NCBI GenBank assembly: GCA_963693365.1
Contig: CAVNZM010000001.1
Coordinates: 15,929,840 to 15,993,839, forward strand
DNA from: Amoebidium appalachense
Taxonomy: Eukaryota; Protista; Ichthyosporea
Reading direction: 5' to 3'
DNA: 64,000 nt
The notes beneath the pieces were generated by a model. The model had not been told where the DNA came from, ran no database searches, and saw nothing but the letters and a program-made list of their open reading frames with translations. Shown here piece by piece: positions 1 to 28,646 of this stretch. Both the position numbers and the translations under genes were made by a program. Every line of letters starts with the position of its first letter. Positions within the stretch are counted from its first letter, which is position 1.

Positions 1-1632
<1,632 letters not shown>

Positions 1633-1667
1633 CGTGCGTGCGTGTGTGTGTGTGTGTGAATTGGTGG

Positions 1668-1702
<35 letters not shown>

Positions 1703-1708
1703 TGGTGG

Positions 1709-1789
<81 letters not shown>

Positions 1790-1999
1790 ATGTGCGTGTG
1801 TCACGTACATGTGCGCACGTGTGCGTGTGTGCGTGTGCGTGGTTGTAATTTTGTGTGTGCATGGATGCCCATGTTAAACTTTGTGTTTGAGATGTGCACT
1901 TAGCATGTATCCCTCATAGTCACGGTATATTTTGCATTTCATTATCACCTCACCGTATACAAACTGAGCGCAACGGTTCATCATCATGCAGTTAGTGAT

Positions 2000-2030
<31 letters not shown>

Positions 2031-2282
2031 AAAAAACAAAAAAAACAAAAACAAAAAAAACTACCTATACGCCCAGCCAGCCACCTACCCAAAAAACAAC
2101 CAGACTCGTTGAATTTTCCACGGTGGGTTTATTCTATTCTTCACGAGTCGCATGTGTTCTGAATTTGATCTTTCTGTGCACGTTGTAATACGGCTGACTA
2201 GATTTATGTGGGCCACACAGCACCTGGAGGTGAGAGGAAGTGGGGTGGTCAGATCATGTGGGTGGGTGTTTTTTTTTTTTTT

Positions 2283-2313
<31 letters not shown>

Positions 2314-3321
2314 GAGGGGGGGGGGGGGAGGGAGGGGGGGGGGAGGAAGGGATAGATGGAAAAAGGAGGAGCGGAAGACAGGGAGGGGAGGGAGCGGAGG
2401 GGGGAGAGGAAAGGGGGTGGGGGGAAGGGGGGAGAATGGGGGGGGGGGGGGGGGGGGGGGGGGGGGATCTAACGTCTGTAAATGCGTCAAGCGACATTTG
2501 TAGACCATCAAAACCGCAACGTGGTTTATAAAGTGTGTGAAGGAAGGTGTGTACGTGCATGTTCGAGAATAAGGAATGTGAGAACGAGAAGGACGAGGGA
2601 AGTGAGAAAGGACACCCTAGGAAAGAGGGATGCACATATGCTTACTTGCCACTTACCATTCATGATAGCGATGGAAGGGCACTCAGGTGCACATCATGTT
2701 TCTTTTGCCATGAACGGATATTTAATTCCCAGAAAATCGCCTCAGACGTCAAATTAGAAAAAGGAAAGGAAATTCAAAAGCGAAATATTCTACTGGTACC
2801 GTAAATTTTTGTAAACCTGTAAACAAATTGTCAAACACTGTGAAGTTTTCGTTGTGTCGTCCAAAACCATAAACAAATTTTTTTTTTTTGTTGCAGCAAC
2901 GTGTTTGCTTCAAACGCAGAGAGAAATCATGTGCACATCATTTACCACGGAAAATTCTAGAACCACATTCTACCCAAAGATGGTGAGTGAGTGAGTGGCT
3001 TTGCCTCAGTGCTGGCCTTTAACAGCCTAGGGTGTCCCATGACAGGTGGCTGATTGCGCAATCTACGATAAGCCATGGGCATCAGCTCGTGGGCATCTTG
3101 GCGAGATCATTCTGCATGCCCATCCACATGTGCACACAAAAACACGTGGCTTGCACACGTTCAACTATACGTGCACGAGGCTATCCGCGTGCGCCTGCGT
3201 GGGAGCTCTAATTACAGGGTACGTGCCCTCCAGTCACCTAGCTAGCGCTATGTGATCAGAAGGTTGAACCATTGTTGTGGTGGTTGGTTGGTTCAAATTG
3301 GGGTTGGGAGGGACTCTTGAT

Positions 3322-3359
<38 letters not shown>

Positions 3360-3614
3360 CCCTTGCCGGGGGGAGAGGGGGGGGGGGGGGGGGGGGGGGG
3401 GAGGAGGTGGGGAGAGAGGGGGGTTGAGACAGCAGATGCTAAACTTTTTTTTTTTTTTTCCTTTTGACTGGATTTATTCGACGGAAAGATATGCAAGTAT
3501 GCACGGCATACTGAGAAGACAATAAAAACTTCACGAGTTATCCAGTAACAAGTGCATACTGAGATACCTGAACACTGTGTGACAATAATATAAATACTCA
3601 ATGTGACGACCAAC

Positions 3615-3878
3615 AGAATTCAACAAGAAGTCTAAAGTGTTCACATTGCCAGCTAGTGTAGCAGATACCCGGAGGGAAAGAGGTAAAACGCGACATAAAA
3701 ATTCACACCTATCAACATGCTTGCGATTAAAAAGGTCAGCACAAAAAGAATTCAACAAAAAGTCTAAAGTGTTCACATTGCCAGCTAGTGTAGCAGATAC
3801 CCGGAGGGAAAGAGGTAAAACGCGACATAAAAATTCACACCTATCAACATGCTTGCGATTAAAAAGGTCAGCACAAAA
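3615..3878. repeat. Tandem duplication, 2 x 132 bp, nearly identical
   Basis: AGAATTCAACAA(G/A)AAGTCTAAAGTG...AAAAGGTCAGCACAAAA starts at 3615 and again at 3747. Confidence 0.95.
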
Positions 3879-5017
3879 ACTATTTTTATTTTATTTTATT
3901 TTTTTTATGCTAAACTAGTTTTGTGCGGGCCACAATCCCGGGGTTCAACTTACAATGCAAGGAAAACTGCATATGCAATGATGCGGAGGTGGGTTCAATT
4001 GTCCGCAAGTGATAAATAGGTAGCACCTCGGCCCTTCCCTCCATGACGCAAACGAATTCATACATAAACGCATAGTGGGCCAGGTGCAAATTTTTAAGGC
4101 TGAACATGTGCTTTTCACAGCTGCAGATTGGAATCTATTACTGTGATCACCATGATGAGCATGCCTACGGAGATTTCAGGGTTTATGTTGATGCAGCTAT
4201 GTACGGCTAGATGTGACACTGCGAACGTGTTTTGACGCGCTTATCTCTGAACAGCTGGGGCCAGGAGACTTACCCAACCATTTTGCTCACGAGCAGGTCT
4301 CGTGTACATATGACATTTCCATGTAGAGGGAAAACAAGCCTGGGTCCAACTTATATATAGCATAATTTTTATCGTGCACAACAAAAAGGAAAGAACGTGT
4401 CAGCGCACGCGTGACTATAGCTACGCACGAGTCGACGTCCGTGTGTGAGCGGAGTCGACGTCAGGGCTGCACTGCGCCACTGCGGTCGAGGTTTTGAATG
4501 TTCCCGCCAACAACAAAAGCCATATATAGCAATGTTTGCGCAATCATCGGATTATCATCCCGTGTGATTCGTTGGAGTGAGGTATGCAAAAATATTGCAC
4601 CAATCGCAGGAAAGTAGCATCACGGCCGTCGCAAAAATTCTATTTTTAGCTTTCTATCTTTAGTAACACCATTACATTTTGGTAGCATCAATATCGGTGT
4701 TCCAGAGGGCCGTGCGAATGATTTTTGGCGCCACGTGTCTTTTAGAAACTTTTTGTTTGGCAAAACGAAGAAGTGGACTGCTGGAAAAAAAAATCCTTTT
4801 TTTTTTGGTTTTCTGACGGATTGAATAGCAGGTTTTCCAAACAAACGTATATCTCTTCCTAAGAATTTTTAGCAGCAAGCACAGAACAAACCAATTCCGA
4901 ACTCAGCTCAACAACACACTGTTCATACACGTGAGAGGCAGGTACAGGTGTCCCGCCCTTCCAGCAGAGGACCAGCACACAGAAAAATAGACCACCGTGT
5001 TAGTTGCTAGAAGAGAG

Positions 5018-17429
<12,412 letters not shown>

Positions 17430-17812
17430 CGCGGTGTTGCGCGATATTGCGCGATGTCCGTAGTAAATATAGCCTGTGATGTTACATAAAGACTGTGTTT
17501 GTATTCCTTTGGTTCTGTGTGTGACATTGCATACAAACATGCGAGATTCGTGGCCGTTCTATGAAGGCGTGCTGTAATGGATGGCGGCATGTTGCCCTCG
17601 TTCTAGATATGATAGCTTTTAAACATAAAACCCTAAATTGACCATGGTTTCGATTGTATGGGTACGGTGATGTCATGTCGAGAGAGCAAAGTGGGCTCAT
17701 ATATCACGCCACACACACACACACACACACACGTGCGCGCACACACACATGAACGCATGGACACGCGTGCAGACGTGGACGGCACACATGGGCACACGCA
17801 CTCACACACCCT

Positions 17813-17878
<66 letters not shown>

Positions 17879-18253
17879 CACATAGCTGCTCGTGCGCCGG
17901 CGTGAACCACACGTAAACTCAGACACTGCACCACCACGCACACTCAATTTTCTTGAAAGTGCGTATAAATTTCTATGTTACCTGTAAAATAGAGGTTCGA
18001 ACCCATGAGTGCATGAGAAATATTGGGGGTGGTGTATTGGATGCCCACACTCATCTCCATAAAATGTTAATAAGACCACGAGCCACTTTGAGTCAATAAT
18101 GACAGTGGTTACACGAAATCTTTTGCAAATGTGTACGCAGAGAGGCACACTTATCCATTCCAGTCAACTTGAGAGGAAGCACCGGTTCTCAGTTCTCAAT
18201 TTTGTATTCCCCTTTTTTTCTTTTGCTTTTTCTTTTCTTTTTCTTCCCTCCCT

Positions 18254-18284
<31 letters not shown>

Positions 18285-18524
18285 CTCCCTCTTTCCTTCT
18301 TCTTCTTTTTTTTTTTTGTGGGTGGATGGGTGGGTGGGTGGGTGGGTGGGTGATGGTGTTGGTGGTGGTGGTGGTGGTGGTACGGTGGGGGGGGGGGGGG
18401 AGGGAGGGAGGGAGGGGGGAAAGGAGGAGGGGCAAATAATTGCCGATTGCAGTACAACAGCGCCTAAACGACACACCAGTATGGGGATGTGGCATTTCGA
18501 TATTGTTGAGCTTGTGCACATGTC

Positions 18525-18570
<46 letters not shown>

Positions 18571-19671
18571 TTCAATCGCACATTTACACAACAGATTGCA
18601 ACATTGCAAGAAAGTGCACGTGGTCGGATCCGTAACCATTTCCTCCCCTCACTTAGGCGCACTTGACTCCCCTGCATATGCACATACACATATGTATTAG
18701 ATCGGCAATGTCATATATACTTGGCAAATGTTGCAAGCCACAACTGCATGGTGTATGTATGTACTTGTGTTCGTGGAAACTTTACACTGAAGGGTGCGAA
18801 ACTGAACAGTTAAATATTTAAAAATGATTTGAAAAATTGCGCATCGGTTTAGTCCCCCCCCCCCCCCCCCCCCCCCCCCCGCCACCCCCGCCCTTTCAGG
18901 GATCCCCCCCCCCCTCCCCTTCCCTCCCCCCTCCTCCGGCCCACCCGGCCCACCCACCCACTCACACGCACTGCACGCACACACCGGTGCCACCACCACC
19001 ACCCACTGCAACTAGTACTACGCAGTACACTGTTAATACTTTAACCGTGACACCCCTCTGCAATGTAGGTCAACACCCCCCAGGTGTACCTGTAAAAACC
19101 ACGTGTGAAACTCTAGATCTCCCCTTTAAGATTTATCCAGTAAAGCCTATAATTCAGTATCTTCGTAGTTCTGTAACATATATCTAACATGAACAGAGAA
19201 AATCTATATACAGCTACAGTATACAGAGTTCGCTACTACGGATATATCAATGCAGCATATATACCGGGCAAGATTCTGTCATAATCCTTCAAAACCAAGC
19301 ACAGATAAGTCTTCGTTCCTAATTATTTTTCGAAATGCAAAAAAACAAAACAACCTAAGAGTAGTTTGAAGAGTCAACGGAGACAAAAAAATATTATACA
19401 ACTACTATTATAGAACACACTTATTACAAGTGTAGATATACTTATATATCCGAATTTATCTCCGTTAAACAGTTATCCAAATTTCTTTATACCTTTACGG
19501 GCAGTCCCTTCAACCACCACCACCACTACCATAATCATACGAAAATCTTGTAAAAGAGATAGGGAAAGCAGGTTTATTACAGGAATTGATACAAAAAAAT
19601 AGGATAGAGATTATTGTGCCGTATATACATGCTTCGGATTCGCAAGAGCAACACTCGGCAACTACTTATTA

Positions 19672-21150
19672 TTAGCCTGCATTCTGTACTAAGTTTGAAA
19701 CAACTGCATATTCTTGCGGGGTTCCACCGCCATCTTCATCCACATTGTTAGACTGCGCCTCACATTGCAAATCTAGGATGGGGGTCTTAGGGTGGGGCGG
19801 CAGAGTAATCTCCCTGCACCGATGCCCCACCTGGGGACTCAAAACGAAATTCACTCCTCCCGCCCCCATGGATTCTGACACCCTTTGAAATGTGTCCATG
19901 GCGTTCGTCATGTTAATCGATGCCTCAAACCCAGGGAGCATAACCGAAGTAGCTCTCCGGTTCCGTTTGCCTTGACGAAGAGCCACCATGCTCGCAATCA
20001 CATAACCGCACGCCGAGGATGCATGCGCCAGACGGGTTAACGTGTTTATGGGAGCCGTTGCCGGACTAGAAAATGCGAGATCGACAGACGCAAAGGTGTT
20101 TGCAATCCAAGAAAACACCGACATGATGATGAGGATTCGGCTCTGGTCCAGGTGGTGCTGCCTCAGTTCGCGTCGCATCATCCACAGCAAGACCACCAAA
20201 CCCACATCGAATCCCATGTTGACGTACATGAACACATTCAGCAATTGCGCTAGAAAGGAATCGGCGGTCGTTCCTAGGTTCAAGTACACAACACACATGT
20301 CGAACGTTATGACAAGGGCAATAAAGACACAACTGACGCCCAAATAAATACGTGGGGCCCACGTGGCCCACGCTCTCACACGGTTAAGGTGGAGGGGGCT
20401 CACCCAACTAGCCTTAACATAAGCGCCGTGACGAAAAAACATGGGGCGACCGCAATAAACGATAGCCAGGCGCAGAAGGCCGAAGGGTACAGGGACGAGA
20501 GTGAAGAGCCGGCCTACATAAAAGGGTAACGCCATTGCAAAAAGGTATACCGCGGGGCTTTTTGTGAAGAGCGTGGTGTCCAGAAATCCAATGTCAAAGA
20601 GATTAAATGTTCCGTTTATGTAAAGCATCATGACGTGGCCTAGCAGCAAAGCAACGATTAGCCACAGAGGCAGCCTGCTGGCAAACACCTGACGTTGGTA
20701 CTGGTTGATTGTGTCTGTTCTCAGCAGCCAACACCAATAGGACACGGTGAAAGTTAAAAGCGCAAAAGTAAGCCCGGAAAAAAACAATGCGCTCACCCCC
20801 GCCCAAAACTGAGGCCGTGTTCGCGCCTCGTCAAACTTGGGTGTTTGGTAGACCCACGACGAACACCCTCCTATGCTGTCGCAATGTTTCTGAACGATTA
20901 TCATTGTGCTAACGAGGCCTGCAATGGTGATCGCTATAGTGCACACGGTGATAATTAGCCGCCGTGGAAGCTTACGTTCGTCAAACTGTAACGTCAACTC
21001 GCTGTCGTCGGACGTCCCAACTACAACAGCGACATTGGCGCCTATATCGCATGTTGACGGTTTTTTGAACTGTGTGTCTTGGGTTTTGCCTGTGTGTGCA
21101 CGTGCGTGTATGTGTGTAAAGCTGCTGCTGCTGCCCAGTGGAGCAGCCAT
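19672..21150 (-). CDS. Intronless 492-aa multi-pass membrane protein (about 7 TM, GPCR-like topology), family unknown
   Basis: Long, complex-sequence ORF with about seven hydrophobic segments (e.g. LIITVCTIAITIAGLVSTMIIV, LPLWLIVALLLGHVMMLYI, IYLGVSCVFIALVITFDMCVV) and a polar C-terminal tail. Confidence 0.75.
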   Translation of the reverse strand: MAAPLGSSSSFTHIHARAHTGKTQDTQFKKPSTCDIGANVAVVVGTSDDSELTLQFDERKLPRRLIITVCTIAITIAGLVSTMIIVQKHCDSIGGCSSWVYQTPKFDEARTRPQFWAGVSALFFSGLTFALLTFTVSYWCWLLRTDTINQYQRQVFASRLPLWLIVALLLGHVMMLYINGTFNLFDIGFLDTTLFTKSPAVYLFAMALPFYVGRLFTLVPVPFGLLRLAIVYCGRPMFFRHGAYVKASWVSPLHLNRVRAWATWAPRIYLGVSCVFIALVITFDMCVVYLNLGTTADSFLAQLLNVFMYVNMGFDVGLVVLLWMMRRELRQHHLDQSRILIIMSVFSWIANTFASVDLAFSSPATAPINTLTRLAHASSACGYVIASMVALRQGKRNRRATSVMLPGFEASINMTNAMDTFQRVSESMGAGGVNFVLSPQVGHRCREITLPPHPKTPILDLQCEAQSNNVDEDGGGTPQEYAVVSNLVQNAG

Positions 21151-23492
21151 GTTGCCGTTATTTCACCTGAAGAACGTAGTGCTGGCATTAGGCGCCTTGC
21201 AGGTTGGAGTGATGTGAATGCGTTCCGCTCCCTTCCGAAAATTGGATGTTGAGGCGTTGTGAGGTGACAAGGTGGTACTTCAGAGAATGAAAATGATAAT
21301 GCACATCAAGCTTCGTCTACTGATGAGTATATGCTTATTGTAGATACTTAATATGCTTAGGCAGGGGGCCAGTGTGTCTATGCAGTTTATTAATTTGGCT
21401 GGCTTGGTCTGTTTTTTCAGGGTTACCGTATGATACAATATGTGAGGTAGGCCTACATAAGGCTTACTTTCCCTTTCAATGAAGGCTACCTCGAAGGTAA
21501 GCTATATATGTGCAACTTGCGACGTGTAGTGTATACGTACAGTACAGTTAGCCTACAACTTGCCGGGTTCCCAACTTGGGCCGGTGACAAACTTCAGACA
21601 AAAAAAAAAAAAAAGGTCACGCAGGTGAGTAATATTAGCCTCCGGGAGCTCGAGTGGCCAGACGGGTAGTGATAAGGGGTTTACACACTTTTTATTGCGT
21701 GGACACTGGCGGAGGCCCAGCCACACTCGACGGCCTACTGCGTTTTCCAGCGCAGCCAATCAAATGCAGCTAGTGACATATGTACATTCTAGGCAACAAT
21801 TAGCGCCATCGTAGTATACGACACCCCTATTACATATTATGGGTAAGCGAGGCTAGCATCGGTAGCTCCGGAAGAAAGTTAAGGCACCGTATCACAATAT
21901 CATACTGTGCAGCATTAATAGTGATAACGGTGACTCACAGTGGCCAACTCGAAGTGAACGATCCTGCTCAAAACTAATTTTTACAGCGCTCAATCCCCCC
22001 TGATACATATTTCAGGCCATAAAATTAAAGTTCGGAGTTTAGTGGACTATGATTAGTGCTGTGGACATTCCGACAGCAATTGCTTATCGCTTTTTACTAA
22101 GTGGAATAGCCCCGGAGGAGCGTGCTTAGGCAGACCATGGAAATTTAGTTGTGATACATCAACGTGGGTATGTTGACGTATGTATTATGATACCAGTTCA
22201 TATTATTATAATTGCACTCTACCACCAATAGCGAGACTTAGAACATTCACACGGACACAGGGATAGAATTTGTATATATTGGGTTTAAACTGAAGATTTG
22301 TTTCTTTGTATTTGAACACTTAAAAGCTTTCGAGCTCAAAATTTTCAAAGTACTGGCAATTTGACTTCCTTTGGCTTCCTTGCTTAGCTTCCTTTGAATT
22401 CTGGAACACTATGATAACATGGAGGCTAGGAAGAAGATGATATGTCTAATCAATAGGGCTCTTTGAACTTTTGAAGGAGGAGGGCAAAAGATCTCTGATG
22501 CTATATTTGGCTAGTTATATGTGCGTACGCGTTGTTTGATTGGCTTTACAGAAAGAATGGAGGTTCCGATACCAAAGTCTCCTAGATCGCCGCAACATAT
22601 GATGCTGTGACTCAGTGAGATTTGTGTTTCCCTACAAATTTCCCACTCTAATTAGTGACATATAGATATCTGCTTAGTCTCATCGTGTGTTTTTTGCATC
22701 ATTCACTATATATTTGGCTATGAAGTGGAGCGCGCCACCTTTCGGTTTCAGTGATTATGCCATACAAAATTTTTTTTATGACTGTCGTGACGTCATCGAT
22801 CGACAGCGCTAATATGTACATGCGGCTCGAGCTCCGAGTCGGCGGGCTCCGTCGATCTAAGGTTTGGCACCTTCATAATATTTATTTTGTTTCTTCATTA
22901 TTACTCATCATGACATCCTGAACATTGACCCCCTAGACTCGAATAGTGCGTAAACCCCCCGAGTCGTTATGGAAATGGATGCTAAATTTAGCTTTCAGTT
23001 CAGAGTCATGGCAGTAACTCAGTTACTGAGTAGCATACAATAGATGCATATGCAGGTGCCGGAACTCTGAAGCCTTCCAATTTCAGATCCCAACATCACC
23101 CCAATCCGAGGGGTGGGTTTACATCGTCGCACCCCATTGCTTTGAGATATTTCAGAAGTGGGCACGTCAAAATGTCGGTCTTGATGTCCACTTCAAATGC
23201 ACCCGTCGAACACTTGCGCCTTCCCTTCCCCATCGTCTCTGCCCATTGCCGAGCGTTATGTGGAATGGCTGGCGACCCCACCGGAGGTACGGCTAGATCA
23301 TAGTGTGAATATGAATAGTTTCAAGTCTATGGCTGATAGATATCTTTTTACTCTACGTGTTGAGTTGAGTCCCTTCCGGTGTTAGGACCGCAAAAACACC
23401 AACTACTAGTAGCCTATATGGCGGATACGGGTAGAGAGTCTAGATCTCGTTCATACATAGATTCGTTTATTCGTAATGTGGTGTGGTGTAAA

Positions 23493-23634
23493 AACGCAAG
23501 ATGATTATGGCTTGGCGGTGTAATCGGTTTCTGGTGTCTCCTGCTCGTATGTGTAATATGTGTGGGGGGCGGTTTACTCGCGGCTGCATATCTATCAATA
23601 AATGCAACCTGTTAGCTAATGTATTAGAACCGGA
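23493..23634 (+). repeat. Dispersed repeat; diverged second copy at 31419-31579
   Basis: AACGCAAGATGATyATG.CTTGGCG.TGTAATCGG...GGCGGTTTACTCGCG...TGCATATCTATCAATAA...TTAGAACCGGA is present at both sites. Confidence 0.85.
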
Positions 23635-23889
23635 GGTTATTGGCGGTTTTATTCTCTTTTCTTCCTCTCTTCCTCAATATATCCGTTTTAAAATGACTAT
23701 CCTAGATCACCTTATTAATGCTGCACAGTATGATATTGTGTTCCGGTGCCTTAACTTTCTTTCGGAGCTACCGATGCTAGCCTCTGCTTACCCATAATAT
23801 GTAATAGGGGTGTCAGATACTACGATGGCGCTCATTGTTGCCTAGCATGTACATATGGGTGCTACCCTCAATTCCCAAGCTCCTAGGGT

Positions 23890-24081
23890 GTGACGTAATA
23901 TTTGGCACGAAATTTATTTGGCACGAGCCTGCAAAACGGTGAAAATGGGGCAGGATGTCGCCCAGGCACCGACAGGAGCTTGGGGATACCCCTGGATGTG
24001 CTCCGCTAGCGGGCTGGTGCCAAATAAATTCGTGCCACATTTTACGTCACCAGGTTCGTGCCAAATTATTTGGTGCCAAAT
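23890..24081. repeat. MITE-like inverted repeat (arms 23890-23929 / 24012-24050) with iterated GTGCCAAAT motifs
   Basis: GTGACGTAATATTTGGCACGAAATTTATTTGGCACGAGCC versus GGCTGGTGCCAAATAAATTCGTGCCACATTTTACGTCAC; extra GTGCCAAAT copies at ~24058 and ~24073. Confidence 0.75.
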
Positions 24082-24407
24082 TTATTTGGGGCATAAATGG
24101 GTCGGTTCGAACTATTATGGGTCGAATCAGCTCGAATCGTTCCTGACCCGTTTTCTGACCCGTTTTTGTGGCTCATCGTTGGTGGCGTCTGATTCGAGGA
24201 ATAAACTCGAAAGGCGGGCTAAGCAAGACCACGTCAACCACGTGCAGGTGGTGGCGTACTTGAACGGGCAGTCACAGCCTGGACTGGCAGTTGACAGGTG
24301 TGACACAGCGCTAGCATCCTTATCATATTGCAGTAGGCTCATATAAAAATAATAAAAACAGACAACACCCTTTAATGCTCGATCATAACTGACAGTACAT
24401 ATTTTGT

Positions 24408-25325
24408 GTGAGCATGGGTTACAAACATGCTCGCGTCCGCATTGGACGTGGGCAAGGCCATTGGGCTTTGCTGAGGATTCTCGTTCATGTTATCCTCGCC
24501 TTTTGTCTTTTGGCTGCAGCGGGTTCAACAAACAACCCAGATGGGGTGAACAAAAAAGTCATTAAGGAAAACAAATCTTGGTCTAAAGATCATGCCAAGC
24601 TGGAACAGCCATTCGTTGCACGGTACATTGATTATTGCATAGCGGATCATGAGGACTCTGTCGAAGCTGGCACGTGCCCTCCCCAGCCCTTCCTCAGGGA
24701 ATGGGTGTGGCATCAAACCCGTCATGGCGGCCGGATAGATGCATCTACAGCGGAGGGAGTCCATCAGGTGATCTCCCCCCTTCCCCCCCCCCCCCCCTCC
24801 CCCCTCTCTCCCCACCACCCCCTGCCTCTTTTCCACTTTTTCTCTCCCCTCCCCTGTCTCTCTGTTCTGGGCCTTACAGGTGGTTCCTCCGTTTTAGAAG
24901 TTGTTTTTTATGTAATACGTTAGGTGTGTCCTTTTGCATCTTGTGGATACCAATGCCTTCACCGCTCAGGCCTTCCCTTGCACTTAATCTTATGGACCTT
25001 TGTGCCTCTCCCATGATCTGTTTGGCATGGCATGCTGCCTTTTCTGCTTTGGCTTGCCTCTTATATGTTGCTATCACCCGATAGGGTATGTGTGGCAACG
25101 TGTTCCATATGTTTTGTGTGACCATTCTGTGCAGTGTACCCACTTAAAGCCCACTCCTCCGCTTTTCCCCCTTCCCTCCCTTCCCCTTTAAGCATACAAT
25201 TAGTCAAGAGGCAGTACAGGATAGTGGGTAGAGAGTTTCTGTGTGTCACGGTGTATGCCTGTGGGTGTGTGCTTGTCTGTGTGTGTATGTGCCTGTGTGT
25301 GTGTAGTGAGTGTGTGTGTGTGTTG

Positions 25326-25372
<47 letters not shown>

Positions 25373-26221
25373 TTGTGTGTGTAATGTGGGTGGGTGGGTG
25401 GGTGGGTACAGAGAGAGGGGGGGAGGGGGGGGGGGGGGGGGGGGCGTGTATGTGTGTGCCTGTGTGTGTATGTTAAAGACAGGGGAGGGGGGGAAGGGGG
25501 AGAGGTCAGGGTAGGGAGAAAGGGAGGGAAGGATGGGTGGGTGGGAGGGTTGGAGGGAAGGAGGGAGGGGGAGAAAGGGTAGAGGGAGGGATGGCGGAAA
25601 AGACAGAAAGAGAGGGGCAAAGAGAGGAGGGCAGTCGGTAAAGAGGAAGGGCGGGAGGGTGGGACGGAGAGGGAGAAGGGGGAAGTGGAGAATTAGGGCA
25701 GGGGGGGGGGGCCGAGAGCAAGAGGGGGGGTGGGGAGGGTGTGGGCGGTGTGTGTGTGTGTATGTGTGTGTGTATGTATGTTGTGTGTGTGTGGGGGGGG
25801 GGGGGGGGGGGGGGTGGATGGGGGATTCGGTTGGGAGTGGGTTCTTTATAGACCTGGCAACCATTGACCAGCTATTCTCTCACCCTGTCTTTGTGTTCAC
25901 TCTGCAGCTTATGGCAATAATGGCAACCGTTCCTTGCCTGAGTGTGGTATGGAGGTTGGGTCTTTCGACAGTGATGGCTCTGACGATGACGATGAGGGGT
26001 CAAGTGACGAGAGCCCCGGTTCATTCAACGTGTCAACATGTGTGCGCCTAGCAGGCCGCAAGCTTAACGCCCGGCGTGCGATGCGCAAGCTGATTGGGTC
26101 TGTGCACAGCTCCGAAGGGTTTGCTTTAGCAGCACAGGACCCGGATCATCTGCTCTTCACTCTAGTGTTCTTTGACGAGGCCGTGGCAGCAGACATACAG
26201 CTTGCCAGGTGCTTCCTGCCG

Positions 26222-26252
<31 letters not shown>

Positions 26253-26964
26253 TTCCCCTCCAACGCCCCCCCGCTCCTCCCTCTCGCCTCTCCCCCCCCT
26301 TTCCCTGCAGGGCCTCCTCCCCTTTCCCCCATCCCCCTTTCCCCTCCCCCCCCCCCTCCCCCCCCCCCCCCGCCCCCTTTTCTGCATCCCCCTCCCCCTC
26401 TCCTCCTTCCCACAATTCTTCCTCCCAACTGCTCCACCTCCTTACTTCCTTGCACGTATCAATCCATCTCTCCTTCCAACCCAAGTGACACCAGTTTTTT
26501 GTCAGACAACCTGCCTCCCCAGGCCCACTTATTATGCCTGTCCTGTTCCCCTCCCCCCCCCCCCTCTCCCCCTCAGGAGGGCCTCTGCCCATTCGTCCCT
26601 CCTTTTCAAGTCCTCCATTACCTCTTACCTCCCCTAATTCTCATTATTCTCTAATAGTATACCTATATCTTCCATCCTACCTTTTTGGAAGCTCCCTGCT
26701 TCTCTTCCACCTATTTGAAAGCATCTGCATCTACCCCCCCCCCCCCCCCCCCCCCCCCCGTTCATAGCCCCTCCTTCATCAGTACTCCCTTACACCTGCC
26801 CGGCCCCCTTCAGAGTGCCTAACCCCCTCCCCCCCCCACACACACACCCCTCCCCTTTCACACACCTGCACACACGAACGCACCCATGCATGCACGCATG
26901 CACCCTCCCTCGCAGCCACGAGCGCACACACTCTTATTCACTTATAGAATTGTTAATAATCTAA

Positions 26965-27001
<37 letters not shown>

Positions 27002-27103
27002 CCCCAACCCACCCACACACGCACACACACACACACGCCAAGGTTTCCCTTGTTCTGCTCCTCGGCCTTTCCGCCTTCCCCATAATCTGTCTTTCTCTCT
27101 CTT

Positions 27104-27151
<48 letters not shown>

Positions 27152-28591
27152 CCCACCCCACTGTCACCCACCCCACCACCACTGCCCTACGTCACCCTCC
27201 CACTTCTTGTCTTTGCTTATTCTTCCTTGTGATGTGCAACACAGGGACATATCCGGGCCACCTGAGGTCCAGCAACAACGCCTTCTTCAAATTCTGGGTG
27301 CCTGGAGAATGGAGCTTATGGAAACACCCGCTGACGGCAACTGTTTGTTTCATTCGGTGTGGCATTATATCAATCAGTATCTACAAAGCGGTCATGTAGC
27401 TACCCGTGAACACCTCAACACATTGGGGTTTACAGCTAATATGGAGCCTATAGAGGCGATTGGACGGCTACGCGAACTAATGGTAAACGAATGGCGGCGA
27501 AATCTAGCAGAATACCAAGGATTCCTTTCAAGGGTGACCCTCGCATACGTAGCTGATGATTTCCGCTGTCCTCGGCGCGCCCATTTTGCTTCTGCAGCCG
27601 GTGACGCGATGGTGCTGGGCTTAGCCAACGCACTCCGCATACCAATAACCATTTTTAGCACGATTGCCAATCACGGTGTAGTTGCGGTCACTCCACCCAC
27701 CGTCATCGAACCCAACATTGCCATACCCGTATCACTTAACGGTGCAGCAGATCATTACTCAGTGGTAATACCTCGCTTGTCGCATGCGAACAAAATCTCG
27801 GACAACAACCAAACACAGACATCACACTCAGTTGACACGGAAAACTCGACGGAGTTGGCGTCTAACGCTAACACAACTGACACGTTCGGTGGGTTGCCCG
27901 CCAAGGGCTGCAGCTGTAATAGAAACAGTAAGGATAGAACACGTTTTTTTTGTGGTTTTAAGAACGGCGGGGGAAAAGTGCAGGCATACGATGGGCATGA
28001 GCGTTGCATATGCGCAAAGAACAAGCGGGCATGCACCCAGGCATGCAGGTGTGAGAATTGTGGCAACAGGTGAGCCGTATGATATGCATTTGCTACTTTT
28101 CTTCTTTTGCATCCTCTATTTGCCCACACTTGGTACTTTATAATCGAAACCTTAACTTGGCCAAATCCAGGTATTTCTGCTTGTCCCTCTCTTTATTCCC
28201 CCCCCCCCCCCCCCCCCTTTCCCCTCTCTCCCCCCCCCGAGGGGAATAGGTCGAAACTCGGGTACTGTGGATGACGTGGGCCCCCCCTGAGGATGGGCTC
28301 TGCTTATTATGCATACTCTTTATGTATGGCTTGCATTCTGCATCGTGTTATCCGTTTGTTCTTGTGTACTTCGTACTTTTTGACGCATTCAAAACCCCCC
28401 CCCCCCCGGGAGGGGGAAAGAAAAGCCCCCTCTCCCAATCCCCTCCCCCTCCTGTATCCGTCGTTTCATGATGTCTAACCCCTCCTCCTCCCCCCCCACC
28501 TTCCCCACTGCTCACCACCTGCACACCCGCACACCATACACAAACTTAAACACACACACGCATGCACGTGTGCACGCACACACACAGCCCC

Positions 28592-28646
<55 letters not shown>

